DNA of 64,000 nt. Origin: Squalus acanthias (taxonomy: Eukaryota). This document shows positions 1 to 13,760 of this stretch, in pieces (the stretch's first letter is position 1; every line of letters starts with the position of its first letter). The stretch lies in assembly GCA_030390025.1 (NCBI GenBank), contig CM059431.1, forward strand, positions 131,380,001 to 131,444,000. The letters run 5' to 3'. Made by a program: the position numbers and the translations under genes. The notes below the pieces were generated by a model that was not told where the DNA came from, made no database searches, and was given only the letters and a program-made list of their open reading frames with translations.

Positions 1-660
1 CGTCCGTAGGGGCCGCGAAAGTTCCGGGTTTAGGCATGTGAAGTGCATGCGCTAAAACCCGGAACTTGTGATCTGTCTTCTTGACACATGATCCGCATCC
101 CTGGGAAAAGGGCCTCTACGAACGGAGAGTTGCACTATTTGCCCAACTTCTGCCCAGCGAATGTCTGTGAAATTCTTACTCCAGGTAAAAGCAGGTGTAA
201 GGCCTGCTTTTACCAGCATAAGAGTTTTAAAAAACATTCATTTGAACAGTAAAACACATGTACCATAAGGTATGTTTATTTTTAGACCATGTAAAATATG
301 TAAATTTCTTTTTCAAAAAATAAATTTTTGTTTTAAATGTTCAATTATATTGTATTTTAATTAATTTTAAATATGTAAAAAAAATCTTCATTTGTTATGT
401 TAAATCTATTTTTAATGTCATGTACAAACGGAACCTCCATAAGTATGAATGGAGATCCCCCTTCTTTGATTGGTTGGGCCGGCCCACGTGATCCCAGGTG
501 CGCTTGCGAATCGCCTGCACCCCTGGGATACGTGGGCCTCTACGCATAGAGGCCCAGGAGTGCAAGTGTCCAAACCTCCGGGACCATCAGGTAAGTTCAT
601 AGATTTTTTGCAGGGCGGAGGCATCCGTCCGCAGGAAGCCTCCGACCGCAAATTCAGCTC
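1..660. mobile_element. Harbinger-type MITE, right part (left end outside window), abutting a CR1
   Basis: Ends in TIR-like GCAAATTCAGCTC at 660. Bases 1-235 resemble the reverse complement of 48300-48535. GC-rich palindromes flank an AT-rich core, as in 36165-36905. CR1 sequence resumes at 661. Confidence 0.7.
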
Positions 661-1518
661 CATTAATAAACTTGAAGAATGGGCATATAATTGACAAATG
701 AATTTCAATACAGATAACTGTGAGTTATTGCATTTTGGTAAGAAAAATAAGATGGTCACATATTACTTGGAAAATACGATTCTAAATGGGGTACAAAAGC
801 AAAGGGATCTCGGAGTACCAATTCACAAATCACTAAAAGTTGCGACGCAGGTCAATAAGGCCATAACAAAAGCAAACCAAGCACTAGGGTTTATTTCTAG
901 AGGGGTAGAATTGAAAAGTAGATAAGTTCTGCTAACCTTGTATCGAACTTTGGTTAGACCACACTTGGAGTACTGTGTGCAGTTCTTGTCGCCATATTAT
1001 AAAAAGGATATAGATGCCCTGGAGAGGGTGCAAAAAAGGATGATATCAGAACTGCAAAGTTATACATATCAGGAAAGGATGAACAGGCTGCGTATCTTTT
1101 CTCTTGAAAAAGTCTGAGGGGTCACCTAATAGAAATCTTTAAAGTTACGAAAGGTTTTGATAGAGTAGACACAGAGGGAGTGTTTCCACTTGTGGGGAAG
1201 AGCAAATCTAGAGGCCATCAATATAAGATAGTCACCAAGAAAGCAAATAGGGAATTCAGAAGAAACTTCTTTACCCAGAGAGTGGTGAGAATGTGGAACT
1301 CACTACCACAGGGAGTAGTTGAGGCGAATAGTATAGATGCTTTTAAGGGGAGGCTAGATAAGCATATGAGGGAGAAAGGACTGGAGGGTTATGCTGATGG
1401 GGTTAGATGAGGAAGGATGGGAGGAGGCTCGAGTGGAGCATAAACTGGTTGGTGCAGTATGGACTGGTTGGGCCGAATGGCCTATTTCTGTGCTTTATAT
1501 TCTATGTAATTCTATGTA
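661..1518 (+). mobile_element. CR1 LINE 3' fragment (RT C-terminus and 3' UTR), decayed
   Basis: Peptides NTDNCELLHFGKKN, RDLGV and RRNFFTQRVVRMWNSLP; ends in ATTCTATGTA repeats; same family as 49200-52836 and 55227-57260. Confidence 0.93.
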
Positions 1519-2674
1519 CTTGACTGGTTTGGCAACTGTGGAAATGAAAATCCTATTTCTGTGATTGTCATGTCATCAATAATTTTACTAGAGCTTTTTC
1601 CCCTTGGGACATCCTGTCGTGTAACTAAAGAAGTGTACAGTAACTCTTCTACCCATATTCAGGCGTTATTTACGGAGCTAAGGAAACAATTACATCCTGC
1701 GCTATAGACTGGAAGCAGTAAGTGTGGCTGTTCTCATCCAAGTCAAGGAGCTAAAATTTATACCAGTACCATAACACACTATTCACACAAATACTGTAGT
1801 ATTTGTGGCTGAGGTAGTCCCATAAATTTAATACTCAGTCCTGATTTAGCCCCGTTTCAGGAAGTTGTCTTTAAAGAGAGAGGAAGTTCACATAGTGCGT
1901 GAATACAGTATCTGTGCTTACAATATTTGCCGTTTAAAACAAAATCAAAATCAAATGAAAACAAAATTATTTCACTACAAAACCACTAATATTACAAATG
2001 GAATCTAGTATGTATTGCTACTTCTGAAGAAGACCATAACTTCCTTGTGGAAATAAAAAATCAGATTTTACAGCCCTCCATGGAGTTTCCTCTATCTTTT
2101 GAAATGAGCTGAATTTTTTTCTAATTGTTTTGTTTGTCATGTCCCCATTCACAGTATTGCTGTGTTTTATTTACTTTACAAACCAGGAGTGAAATAAATG
2201 AAAACAGTCTTTAGAGAAATGGAAATGACTGATATTTATAATGATAGTAACATTGGAAAATGAGGGCTAAAACGCATAATTTTCCATAATTTCCAGCCTG
2301 AGACACGGCGTAGCTGGTGGTGGCAGGTCTAAGTCAATTCATTTTTAAGGTTCCCCTTAGGACAGATCGCTCTAAGAAAAGCAGTAAAGCCTACATTATT
2401 GAACAGTCGTTCGAGATCCATTAAAGTCAAACTCCTAGTCAGCCAACAGGACCGGACAAAGTGTTTGTAAATGGAAATATAAAATGGGAACAGCTAATTG
2501 AAAAAGAATGTAGCACCATTACCAAGCTTGTTAACACACACAATTTGTGCTCATTAGCACTGCTGATGGGCTGAGGTTGTGAAATCACCCGAGAGTTTGC
2601 TTGACTTCTGCTTTTTCTTAGATTTTTATGTTTCCTATTATCTTTCTCCCTTTCTTCTGTTCTTTCGTTGTGAG

Positions 2675-3334
2675 CTAAGCTTCTGACCCCATATGCTCGC
2701 CATCACCAAGACCGCCTACTTCCACCTCCGTAGTATCACCCGTCTCCATTCTCCACCTCTGCCTCAGCCCATTTGTTGCTGAAACCCTCATCCATGGTTT
2801 TGTTCCCTCTGGAATCCACTATTCAAATGCTCTCCTGGCTGGCCTCCCACCCTCTGTAAACTTGAGCTCGTCCAAAACTCTGTCCGTAAGCTAACTCGCA
2901 CCAAGTCCTGTTCACCCATCACCTCTGTGGTCGCTGACCTACATTGGCTTCCGGTCAAGCAAAGCTTCGATTTTAAAATTCTCTTCCTTGTGTTCAAATC
3001 CCTCCGTGGCCTTGCTGCCCCCCTATCTCTGTAACATTCTCCAGCCCAACAACCCTCCGAGATATCTGCACTCCTCAAATTGTGGCCTCTTGAGCATCCT
3101 CTATTTCTTCCTACATTGGTGGCCGTGCCTTCAGCTGCCTGGGTCCTAAGCTCTGGAATTCCCTCCCTAAACCCCTCTGCTTCTCTCTTCTCCTTTAAGA
3201 TGTTCCTTAAAACCTACCTCTTTGACCAAGCTTCCTCTCCTAATATATCCTTATGTGGCTCGATTTCAAATTGTGGCTGATAATGCTCCTGTGAAGTGCC
3301 TTAAAGGTGCTATATAATGCAAGTTGTTGTTGTT
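2675..3334 (+). mobile_element. L2-type LINE 3' fragment
   Basis: Decayed L2 ORF2 end (CTACATTGGCTTCCGGT = LHWLP; TGGAATTCCCTCCC = WNSLP; KTYLFDQA) and tail TATAATGCAAGTTGTTGTTG. Confidence 0.8.
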
Positions 3335-3489
3335 ATGTATTTTCCTCCCTTGTCTTCACTATTTCTGCATTATTTTCATTAAAAAAAAATTATAGTTGAT
3401 GTAGAAGCTTTACTTGGCAGTGTGCAATATATTCAAAGCAGTGGTATTCACAGTGATGATGGAGAGCTTTGCAATCACTAGTTTGTATA

Positions 3490-4228
3490 AGACCAGGTTC
3501 ACAATCATGGCGTCCTATCTGACTCCAAGCTGGGCTTTCGACTCCATATACTCTCCGTGATAAAGACTGCCTACTTCTACTCCGTAACATTGCCCGCCTC
3601 TGCCCTGTCTCAGCCCATCTTTCCGCTAAAACCCTCATCTATCTATTGTCAATTTCAAACTTGACTATTGCAATGCACTCCCAGCCGGCTTCCCATCCAC
3701 CACCTACATAAACTTCAGCTCACCAAAACTCTGCTGCCCATATCCTATCATGCACCAGATCCAGCTCACCTATCACCCTGTGCTTACTGACCTACATTGG
3801 CTCCTGGTCCACCAACCCCTCCAAATTCAAATGTTCATCCTTATGTTTTTAAATCCCTTCATCACTTCAGCCCCACCTATCTATGTAACTGCCTCCAGCC
3901 CTTCAACCCCTCCCCCTTAATTCTCCATTCCTCTGACTCTGGCCTTTTGTTATCCATCCTATCCTTTGCCCCACCATTGGCGACCGAACTTTCAGACATC
4001 TAGGCTCCATAGTCTGGAGTTCCCTCCTTTTAACCCTTCTGCCTCTCCACCCCCCCCTTTTCTCTTTAAGACTCTCCTTAAAACCTACATTTTTAAGAAG
4101 TTTTTGGTCACCCCTCCTAATATATAATTTGGATTGGTGTCCATTTTTTTCTGATTATGCCTCTGTGAAGCACATTGGGATGCTTTGCTACATTAAAGGC
4201 AGCATATAAATGCAAGTAGTTGTTGATG
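3490..4228 (+). mobile_element. L2-type LINE 3' fragment
   Basis: Collinear with 2675-3334; same tail ATAAATGCAAGTAGTTGTTG. Confidence 0.78.
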
Positions 4229-4356
4229 TATGCTATCTTTACTGCTGTGATTTCAACACTTTTGCACAATACAGGATGTAATACAGAAAATATTACAGAC
4301 ACCTAATAGCTGAATGTGCCATTTAGCATTAAAAGAGGACATTGTAACAACACTAT

Positions 4357-5232
4357 GGCCGTGATTTTTCTTCTCGATGCGGCTTTGGGGTGGGACAGCT
4401 GCCTTCGGGTTCCAATCCTGCCCCCAACGACGTCCGATGTACAGACGCGATTTTGCGTCAATTGGCCTTGTTAAGCCCGCCCTTCAGGCTTGCCGGCCAA
4501 TTAAGAGAAAGCTGGTGTCAGATGACGTCAGTGGATGACGCATCATCTGCCAGTTTTCTTAAAGGGGCCACGCACAATTTTTTTTGACAACTGATTTTTC
4601 AGTGTTTGACAGCATTGAGGTGCTACAAACACTGACAATCACTGTACAAAGGTGAGCCCTTGCGCCCAGGCTCTCCAGTGACTCCCCCCTTAGGCTAGAA
4701 CAGATGGCAGATGCAGGTGAGGTTACAGAAGCGACCTGTCACAACTGAGAGAGGTTCTCCCAATGAGGTGGGACTACACAAACAATTCAAAACTTGTCAC
4801 CTACAGAAAAGTCTAAATACATTAAAAATGATTTTCCCAACATTTTCTTACCTCCTGAAACTCACTGGTGTACCATTGGATCCTTCACACCACTTCTGCA
4901 GCTGTCATCAATGCATAAACATTACGGCAGACCCACAGCACGCCACACTTACCTGGCGTGGTGTCCGGACATCGGGAGCCCGCAGTAGACCTGTCAAAAT
5001 TGCAAAAAGCCTCTTAACTGCCTGTTAACAACCTGTTAACAAGCAGTTAAATGCCTATAATCTTCTTCCCGCCGCTAGGTGTCGGGTCCATGCGTAAATC
5101 GGGGACCCGACACCTTGGAAGATTGATTGGAGGCGGGTTGACAGTGGGTTTCCTGCCCGCTGTCAATCTTTGCGATTTTGCTGGATGTCCCGCCTCCAAA
5201 CCCGCCCCCTGAGCGCCGGCAAAACTCCCCCC
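4357..5232. mobile_element. Non-autonomous Harbinger derivative (deletion derivative of the 40140-44735 family)
   Basis: Ends GGCCGTGATTTT / AAAACTCCCCCC; TSD TAT (4354-4356, 5233-5235); collinear with 51631-52498 and with both ends of 40140-44735. Confidence 0.85.
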
Positions 5233-5247
5233 TATATGTGTGTAGAC

Positions 5248-6050
5248 AAGAACAACTTGTATTTATATAACGCCTTTAACGTAGTAAAACGTCCCAAGGC
5301 ACTTCACAGGAGCGTTATCAAACAAAATTTGACACCAAGCCACATGAGAAATTAGGTTAGATGTCCAAAAGCTTGGTCAAAGAGGTAGGTTTTAAGGAGC
5401 ATCTTAAAGGAGGAAAGAGACATAGTGAGGCAGAGAGGTTTAGGGAGGGAATTCCAGAGCTTATGGCCTTAGCAGCTGAAGGCACGGCCGCCAATGGTGG
5501 AGCGATTTAAAATCGGGCATGCTCAGGAGGCCAGAATTGGAGGTGCACAGATATCTCGGAGGGTTGTAGACTGGAGGAGATTACAAAGATTGGGAGGGGC
5601 GAGGTCATGGTGGAATTGGAAAACAAGAATGAGAATTTTGAAATTGAGGTGTTGCATAACCGGGAGCCAATGTTGGTCAGTGAGCACAGGGGTGATGGGT
5701 GAACAGGACTTGGTGTGAGTTAGGACACGGGCAGCCGAGTTTTGGATGACCTCAAGTTTATGGAGGGTAGAATGTGGGAGGCCAGCCAGGAGTGTTTTGG
5801 AATAGTCAAGCCTAGAGGTAACAAAAGCATGGATGAGGGTTTTAGCAGCCGATGTGCTGAGGCAGGGGCAGAGACGGGTGATGTTACGGAGGTGGAAATC
5901 GGCGGTCTTAGTGATGGCGCAGATAATGTAGTCGGAAGCTCATCTCAGGGTCAGATATGACACCAAGGTTATGAACAGTCTGGTTAAGCCTCAGACAGTT
6001 GCCAGGGAGATGGATGGAGTCGGTGGCTAGGGAACGAAGTTTGTGGAGGG
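5248..6050 (-). mobile_element. L2-type LINE 3' fragment
   Basis: Reverse complement of the 2675-3334 family; tail ACAACTTGTATTTATATA at the left end. Confidence 0.82.
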
Positions 6051-9000
6051 GACATATACCTATTTGTGGGTATCAGAGGTTAATGGGATGCAGTCGCCCC
6101 GCACATTGAGCAAATTAATTTGTATTTCATGTCTGAAGAACTTAACACTGAGACTGTGTAGATATGTAGAATATTTATTGTATTGTACTGACCAATCTTT
6201 CTAACAGTGGTATTGTTTTTATCTCTCTTAGATTTTGCTGCGCAAAATTGTGATAGGATTAATTTCCAGCTAACATTTACAAAGATATTTGAACTAAGTA
6301 ATTATATTTCAAAATTAAATGCTTTGAAACATTTTTGAGATGTGATAAGGCACCAAGTCTTCCTGATATTTTTCTTGCTGCCTGTCTGTCTGCCTACCTG
6401 CAGATAACACCAGTCTCTAGACAGCGGTTAACTCCCTATCTGAAGGACAAGTGATAGCTAAACACTGCAATGTTATACATACAATATTGGACAGTGTGGC
6501 GGCTAAATTCAATAGCCCCCGAAAACAGGCGGGGGGGGGGGGGGATCATGATGTGTGATTAATCCGCGCCCGTTGATTGCAGTGGAGGCAGGACGCCAAC
6601 TTCATGCTGCCTGCTCAGTTCCATGATTTCAGCGTGCAGCCAGCACTAACCGTGCTGTTCGTTGCCTGCAGGCATCAGAAGGGAGCCCAAAATTGTTACT
6701 TGCTAGCACCAGTTAAAGCTAGCCTGCACTGCTTAAAGCTAGCCTGCACCTCTTAAAGGGGAGGTGCATTGTGGCTGGAGCAGGTGCTGGAAGTTGTTCA
6801 GGAAGTGAATCTGACCTGGGAAACAGTGAAGAATGGCACAACATGGGAGAGAGCAGACTCCAAGCTTTACGGACGCTGCACTGGAGGCCTGGGTGGAGGA
6901 GGTGGAAAGGAGGAGAGATGTCCTGTATCCACAAGAGGCAGGAGGCCCTCTAGACACACACTCGGAAAGCAGTGGGAGCAGATAGCCATGGAGGTCAATG
7001 GCAGGAGTCAAGCCCTGAGGACCTGGATGCAATGCTGCAAGAAATTTAATGACCTCACACGAGTGGTCAAGCTCATTGAATGCATCTTCAAATGCCATAT
7101 CCTACCAACTAGCCTCAGCCACTGCTCAATTCACCACACCCCCATCACTCACCTACCAACAATCTCTATCAATCAGGACTCATACCTAACATTCATAGCT
7201 TCACCTCACACACACACTTAGCACTGCTGCAAGCCTCACACCCACACCTCACAGCTTGCACACAGTGGCAGCTATTCAACCACGACAGGCACATCACCCA
7301 AACAGATTGCACGACACTCACTGACCACACTTCCCTCTTTCTTACAAGAGAAGGTTGTGCACAAACGGAGGCAGAAGGAACTAACCTGTGGGGTCAGGCG
7401 CGCCTGCATCTCCTAACCCCCATGGAGGACACGGTGCTGGTCATTATTAGAATGGCCATTGCTCAGGCCGTGGCCACCGGCAGGGCTCAAATCATGGAAG
7501 ATGACGATATCCTCATACCTAATCCTCCTTCTCACATCCCCCTCATCCCACAATCTCTTCTGATTTACAAGCTGCAGATGATGTAAGCTTGCACCTCTTA
7601 CTTTCCCCCCCCTTCCCTCACCACAACCCTACCCTTATGACTTTCTCCTTTCAGATACCCAAAACTACAACCTGCCCAGGCAGTGGTGGAAGACCAAGAA
7701 GACAGCGATGATGAAGACACACTGTCACTCGATTTAACACTTGCAGCCGCCAGCTCAGATACTGACATTGCACGTAATTTAGAGGATAGCGTAGAGGCAG
7801 GACCTGCATGTGGTGAGTCACCGGGTACGAGTGGCCTGCAGTCAGAACAGTGGGTAAGGATAGCGCAGGTGCCAGATCACCAGAGGGCGAGGTCATAGAC
7901 GTGTTCTGCTGCAGAACACTCAGATGAGGACTTTGATGGTGCAGGCTGGTTCAGTGGGTTGATAACGGATCTGGCCCGGGTAAATTGGAATCAAAGATTG
8001 GCAGGCAAAACTGTAATCGAACAATGGGCTGCCTTTAAAGAGGAGATGGTTCGGGTACAGTTGAGATACATTCCCACGAGGGGGGAAAAGTAGGGCAACT
8101 AAAGCCAGAGCTCCCTGGATGACGAAAGAGATATAGAGTAAGATGAAGCTAAAAAAGAGTGCGTCAGGTTGAGAATACAAGTGAGAATCAGGCTGAATAT
8201 AAAAAGTTCAGAGGGGAAGTGAAAAAGAAAATAAGAGGGGCAAAGAGAGAGTATGAGAATAGATTGGCAGCTAACATAAAAGGGAATTCAAAGGTTTTAT
8301 ATAGGCATTTAAATGATAAACTGATAGTAAGAGGAGTGATGGGGCCGATTAGGGACCAAAAAGGAGACCTATGCATGGAGGCAGAGGGCATAGCTGAGGT
8401 ACTAAATGAGTACTTTGCATCTGTCTTCACCAAAGAAGAAGATGCTACCAAAGTCATGGTGAAAGAGGAGGTAGTGGAGATACTGGATCAGATAAAAATT
8501 GATAAAGAGGAGGTACTGTGAAAGGCTGTCTGAACTTAAAGTTGATAAGTCACCAGGACCGGATGGGATGCATTCTAGGATGCTGAGGGAAGTAAAGGTG
8601 GAAATCGCGGAGGTACTCGCCATAATCTTCCAATCCTCCTTAGATATGGGGGTGGTGCCAGAGAATTGGAGAATTGCAAATGTTACACCCTTGTTCAAAA
8701 AATGCTGTAAGGATAAACCCAGCAACTACAAGCCAGTCAGTTTAACATCAGTAGTTGGGAAGCTTTTGAAACGATAATCAGGGACAAAGTTAACAGTCAC
8801 TTAGACAAGTGTGGATTAATTAAGGAAAGCCAGCATGGATTTGTTAAAGGCAAATCGTGTTTAACTAACTTGATCGAGTTTTTTGATCAGGTAACAGAGA
8901 GGGTTGATGTGGGCAATGCGGTTGACGTGGTGTAAATGGACTTCCAAAAGGCATTTGATAAAGTGCCACATAATAGGCTTGCCAGCAAAGTTGAAGCCCA

Positions 9001-9533
9001 TGGAATAAAAGGAACAGTGGCAGCATGGATACGAAATTGGCTAAGTGACAGGAAACAGAGTGGTGGTGAACGGTTGTTTTTCAGACTGGAGGAAGGTATA
9101 CAGTGGTGTTCCCCAGGGCTCTGTACTAGGACCACTGCTTTTCTTGATATATATTAATGACTTGGACTTGGGAGTACAGGGCACAATTTCAAAATTTGCA
9201 GATGACACAAAACTTGGAAGTATAGTGAACAGTGAGGAGGATAGTGATAGACTTCAAGAAGACATAGACAGGTTGGTGAAATGGACAGACACGTGGCAGA
9301 TGAAATTTAACACAGAAAAGTGTGAAGTGATACATTTTGGTAGGAAGAACGAGGAGAGGCAATATAAACTAAAGGGTACAATCCTAAAGGGGGAGCATGA
9401 ACAGAGAGACCTGGGGGTATATGTGCACAAATTGTCAAAGGTGGCAGGGCAGGTTGAGAAAGCGGTTAAAAAAGCTTACGGGATACTGGGCTTCATAAAT
9501 AGAGGCATAGAGTACAAAAGCAAGGAAGTTATA

Positions 9534-10848
9534 GTGCTATCAAGTGGCACTTACTCACCAATAACCTGCTCACTGTTCAGTTTGGGTTCCGCCAAGACCA
9601 CTCGGCTCCCGTCCTCATTACAGCCTTGGTCCAAACATGGACAAAGGAGCTGAATTCCAGAGGTGAGGTGAGAGTGACTGCCCTTGACATCAAGGCAGCA
9701 TTTGACCAAGTGTGGCATCAAGGAGCCCTGGTAAAACTAAAGTCAATGGAAATCGGGGGGAAAACTCTCCACTGGCTGGAGTCATACCTAGCACAAAGGA
9801 AGATGGTTGTGGTGATTGAAGGTCAATCATCACAGCCCCAGGACATCGCTGCAGGAGTTCCTCAGGGCAGTGTCCTAGGCCCAACCATCATCAGCTGCTT
9901 CATCAACGACCTTCCCTCCAACATAAGGTCGGAAATGGGGATGTTCGCTGATGACTGCACAGTGTTCAGTGCCATTCACAACTCCTCAGATAATGAAGCA
10001 GTCCATGCCCGCATGCAACAAGACCTGGATGACGTTCAGGCTTGGGCTGATAAGTGGCAGGTAGCATTCGCACCACAGAAGTGCCAGGCAATGACTATCT
10101 CCAACAAGCGAAAGTCTAAACACCGCCCCTTAACATTCAATGGCATTACCATCACCGAATCCCCCACCATCAACATCCTGGGGGTCACCATTGACCAGAA
10201 ACTTAACTGGACCAGCCACATAAATACTGTGGCAACAAGAGCAGGTCAGAGGCTTGGTATTCTGCGGCGAGTGTCTCACCTCCTGACTCCCCAAAGCCTT
10301 TCCACCATCTACAAGGCACAAGTCAGGAGTGTGATGGAATACTCTCCACTTGCCTGGATGAGTGCAGCTCCAACAGCACTCAAGAAGCTCGACACCATCC
10401 AGGACAAAGCAGCCCGCGTGTTTGGCACCCCCTCTACCACCTTAAACATCCACTCCCTCTACCACCGGCATACCGTGGCTGCAGTGTGTACCATTTATAA
10501 GATGCATTGCAGCAACTCGCCAAGGCTTCTTCGGCAGCACCTCCCAAACCCGCGACCTCTTCCACCTAGAAGGACAAGGGCAGCAGACGCATGGGAACAC
10601 CACCACCTCCAAGTTCCCCTCCAAGTCACACATCATCCTGACTTAGAAGTTTATCGCCAATCCTTCATCATCGCTGGGTCAAAATCCTGGAACTCCCTAC
10701 CTAACAGCACTGTGGGAGTACCTTCACCACACGGACTGCAGTGGTTCAAGAAGGCGGCTCACCACCACCTTCTCAAGGGCAGTTAGGGATGGGCAATAAA
10801 TGCTGGCCTTGCCAGCGACGCCCACATCCCATAAAAATGAATTTAAAA
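9534..10848 (+). mobile_element. Nested non-LTR retrotransposon of a second CR1-group family, 5'-truncated
   Basis: TSD AAGTTATA (9526-9533, 10849-10856); 3' end GGGCAATAAATGCTGGCCTTGCCAGCGACGCCCACATCCC then A-rich; host CR1 continues across the junction. Confidence 0.92.
9626..10786 (+). pseudogene. Reverse transcriptase ORF fragment of the nested LINE (386 aa open frame, shifted near the C-terminus)
   Basis: [52 protein letters not shown]. Confidence 0.88.
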
Positions 10849-11120
10849 AAGTTATAATGAACCTTTATAAAACACTTGTTCGGCCTCAACTGGACTATTG
10901 CGTCCAATTCTGGGCACCGCACTTTCGTAAGAATGTGAAGGCCTTAGAGAGGGTACAGAAAGATTTACGAGAATGATTCCAGGGATGAGTTGACTTCAGT
11001 TACATGGATAGACTGGAGATGCTGGGGTTGTTCTCCTTAGAGCAGAGAAGGTTGAGAGGAGATTTGATAGAGGTTTTCAAAATCATGAGGGGGTCTAGAC
11101 AGAGTAGGTAGAGAGAAACG

Positions 11121-11257
11121 GCATCAAGGGGTATGGGGAGATAGCGGGAATATGGTATTGAGATAGAGGATCAGCCATGATCATATTGAATGGCGGAGCA
11201 GGCTCAAAGGGCCGAATGGCCTACTCCTGCTCCTATTTTTCTATGTTCTATGTTTCT
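11121..11257 (+). mobile_element. Very short CR1 3'-UTR insertion nested in CR1
   Basis: GATCAGCCATGATC..GGCCGAATGGCCTACTCCTGCTCCTA plus TTCTATG tail; flanked by AAAC; host CR1 is contiguous either side. Confidence 0.82.
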
Positions 11258-12508
11258 AAACTGTTCCCATTGGCGGAAGGGTCGAGAACCAGAGGACACA
11301 GTTGATTGGCAAAAGAACCAAAAGCGACATGAGAAAAAACTTTTTTATGCAGCGAGTGGTTAGGATCTGGAATGCACTGCATGAAAGGGTGGTGGTGGCA
11401 GACTCAATCGTGGCTTTCAAAAGGGAATTGGATAACTACCTGAAGGAAAAAAATTGCAGGGAAAGGGCGGAGGAGTGGGACTAGTGAAGTGCTCTTGCAG
11501 AGAGCTGGCACAGGCTCGACGGGCCGAGTGGCCTCCTTCTGTGCTGTAACCATTCTATGATCCTATGGCTACAGAAGAAGGCTGATGGGTATGCACAATG
11601 AAATGTTTGGTGCATTGGGAAGCCTGCCAGAAAGCCTGCATGCAATGTCAAGGAGCTTGGAGGAGTCCAGCACCAACTTGGCACAGGGCCTTGCACAGAG
11701 CGTTTAGCTCATCCTTTCCAGCATGGAAGTGGTGGCCAACTCCATTAGTGCACTTGTGGACCCAAACAAGATGCAGCGTCTGAAGCCAACGTCTCAGCTG
11801 TCATTGCAGCACAAGCAGCAGCCACCCAACGTCTGAGTGCAGCAGTGGAAGCTCAGACTGGTGTCATAGAAGGTCAGCTTGCTGCCATGCAAGCTCAGAC
11901 TGCTACTATCATGGCTGTGGATTCCAGTTTTCAAAGGGGCTTGCAGGATGTCACAGCAGTCCAGCAATCTGCCCTCCAACAAATTACTAGGATTGCTGAG
12001 ATGCCGCCCCGGGGGAGTGGCAGTGGCTCCATGAGCACAAACCTGCTGTCCTCTCAGGAAGACAGCATTCATCCTCCCACCACTGTCACTCCATCAGTGC
12101 CCTTGCTGTTCTCTGTCAGTCAGCCAGCCAAGACTGCTGCCGCCATAGCCAAGGTGGTGCAGTCTGCAACCGGGTCTTCGAGGCCCAGAGCTCCAAGGCC
12201 ATCTGCAGTCTCTTCCACTGAAAGACAGCAGCCTTCCACCAGCCATGCTGCAGCCACTGGGGTAGCACTGCTTAGGAGCACTAGGATAGGCAAAGGCACA
12301 CAGAAGACAGGCACTAAGGGAATGCACAAGGGTGATTAGTTTTCGTTTGTATGCAGTATGGCATGATTTGATTTCTAAATTTGGTTTGGAATGTTTATTT
12401 TGTGGAGGCTTTTATTTTTGTATTGTGGCCAAACGGATGCTGTGATGGTCAGTGACAGAGATAAGGTAAGGTGTGGGACTATTGGTAAATGGAGACTTGG
12501 GGTTCCGG

Positions 12509-13760
12509 TTACTGGTATTGCGCTTGAATTAGTTATTCACGTACAGCCCAGCCAGAAAGGAGCTGTCTAGGTTTCAACCTCCTTTCCTCTTCCTCCTCCT
12601 CCGCCTTGTCCTTCTCGTGCTCCTGCTCCTGTTTCTCGCTGTGTAGCTGGTGGCAACAGCTGTGCCCTCATGATGGCGAGGTTGTGCAGCATGCAGCAGA
12701 CCACCACGAAACTTGACAAACATAGAAACATAGAAAAATAGGAGCAGGAGTAGGCCATTCGGCCCTTCGAGCCTGCTCCGCCATGCAACACAATCATGGC
12801 TGATCCTCTATCTCAATACCATATTCCCGCTCTCTCCCCATACCCCTTGATGCCTTTTGTGTCTAGACCACCACTCTACCGAGTCCTGCAGGGCTCCTCC
12901 AGAGCAGTCCAGGCAATGGAAGTGTTGTTTCAGCACGCCAGTGGCCTGCTCTGTCACATTTTGTGTGGTAGAATGGCTTTCATTGTATGCATGCTGCGCA
13001 CGTGTGCAAGGGTTGCGCATCCTTTGGTTTGCCGTGGTGACTGAAATGCAGCTGGCACAGCGGACTGCTGCAAAATGAAGGCATCATGACTGCTGCCAGG
13101 ATACCGAGCATTGACCTGCATGACTCGCTGCCTATGGTTGCACACCAGCTGGACATTGAGGGAGTAAAATCCCTTTTGGTTCCGGTATATGGTAGAGTTG
13201 ACATGCGGCAAAGCGACATGCATGCAGTCAATGGCACCCTGCACCATGGGGAAGCTTGCAATCCTTGCAGAGCTGTGTGCTCTCTCCGCCTGCTGGTATC
13301 TGGCAAGAGAGAATGAAATATAGTCAGTTCTCTTTGAATAGAGAGCCTCAGTGACCTCCCTTAAGCAACTGTGGACGGCAAACTGCGAGATGCTGCAAAT
13401 ATCTTCAGCTCCAGCCTGGAAGGAGCCAGACGCATAAAAGTTTATCGCCACGGTCATCTTAACACCAACTGGCAGTTCGGTCCTTGCCCTGCTCTGAGGT
13501 TGCAGTTGTGGCTGCAGCAGGTGACAGATTTCAATGAGGACGTCCTTACTGAAGCACAGACGTTTCACACATTGTGCCTTGCTGAGGTTAGGTAGGATAA
13601 TTGCTCCCTGAACATCCTGGACGGATATGGCCTCCAGCTGAGAGCCCTTCTCCCCCTCCTCTTCCTCCCTCTTCTAGCAGCTTGTCCTGCTCTGCATGGC
13701 CTCTGTTCATTCTCCAAGTCATGCTGTATTCCAAGGGTTTTCCTACTAGTGCATCCACGT
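12509..13760 (-). pseudogene. Harbinger (HARBI1-like) DDE transposase, decayed
   Basis: INFYASGSFQ, FPMVQGAIDCMHV, YRNQKGFYSLNVQLVC, ARYPGSSHDAFIL, TEQATGVLKQHFHCLD, VVCCMLHNLA. The LGDxGY segment is missing after QTKG, and a CR1 tail interrupts the gene. Confidence 0.9.
12721..12866 (-). mobile_element. Short CR1 3'-UTR insertion inside the transposase
   Basis: Near-identical reverse complement of 11121-11257 (CATAGAAACATAGAAAAATAGGAGCAGGAGTAGGCC). Confidence 0.82.

Larger units (their letters stand above)
7948..11566 (+). mobile_element. 5'-truncated CR1 LINE (ORF2 fragments) inserted in the Harbinger Myb gene
   Basis: [44 protein letters not shown] motifs; ATTCTATGA tail; short flanking GGCT repeat; contains two nested insertions. 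Confidence 0.93.
6833..12339 (+). pseudogene. Harbinger Myb/SANT-like DNA-binding protein, multi-exon, frameshifted and interrupted by CR1
   Basis: Exon 1 (~6833-7070): MAQHGREQTPSFTDAALEA..QWEQIAMEVNGRSQALRTWMQCCKKFNDLTRVVK. Exon 2 ~7350-7510. Exon 3 starts at acceptor TTTCAG (~7654), is acidic (EDQEDSDDED), and resumes after the CR1 at ~11567, ending at 12339. Confidence 0.82.

Noticed and set aside
12954..13568. Domesticated HARBI1 or NAIF1 host genes
   Set aside because: The ORFs lie between TIRs with a TSD, are frameshifted, lack a catalytic segment and are interrupted by LINEs.
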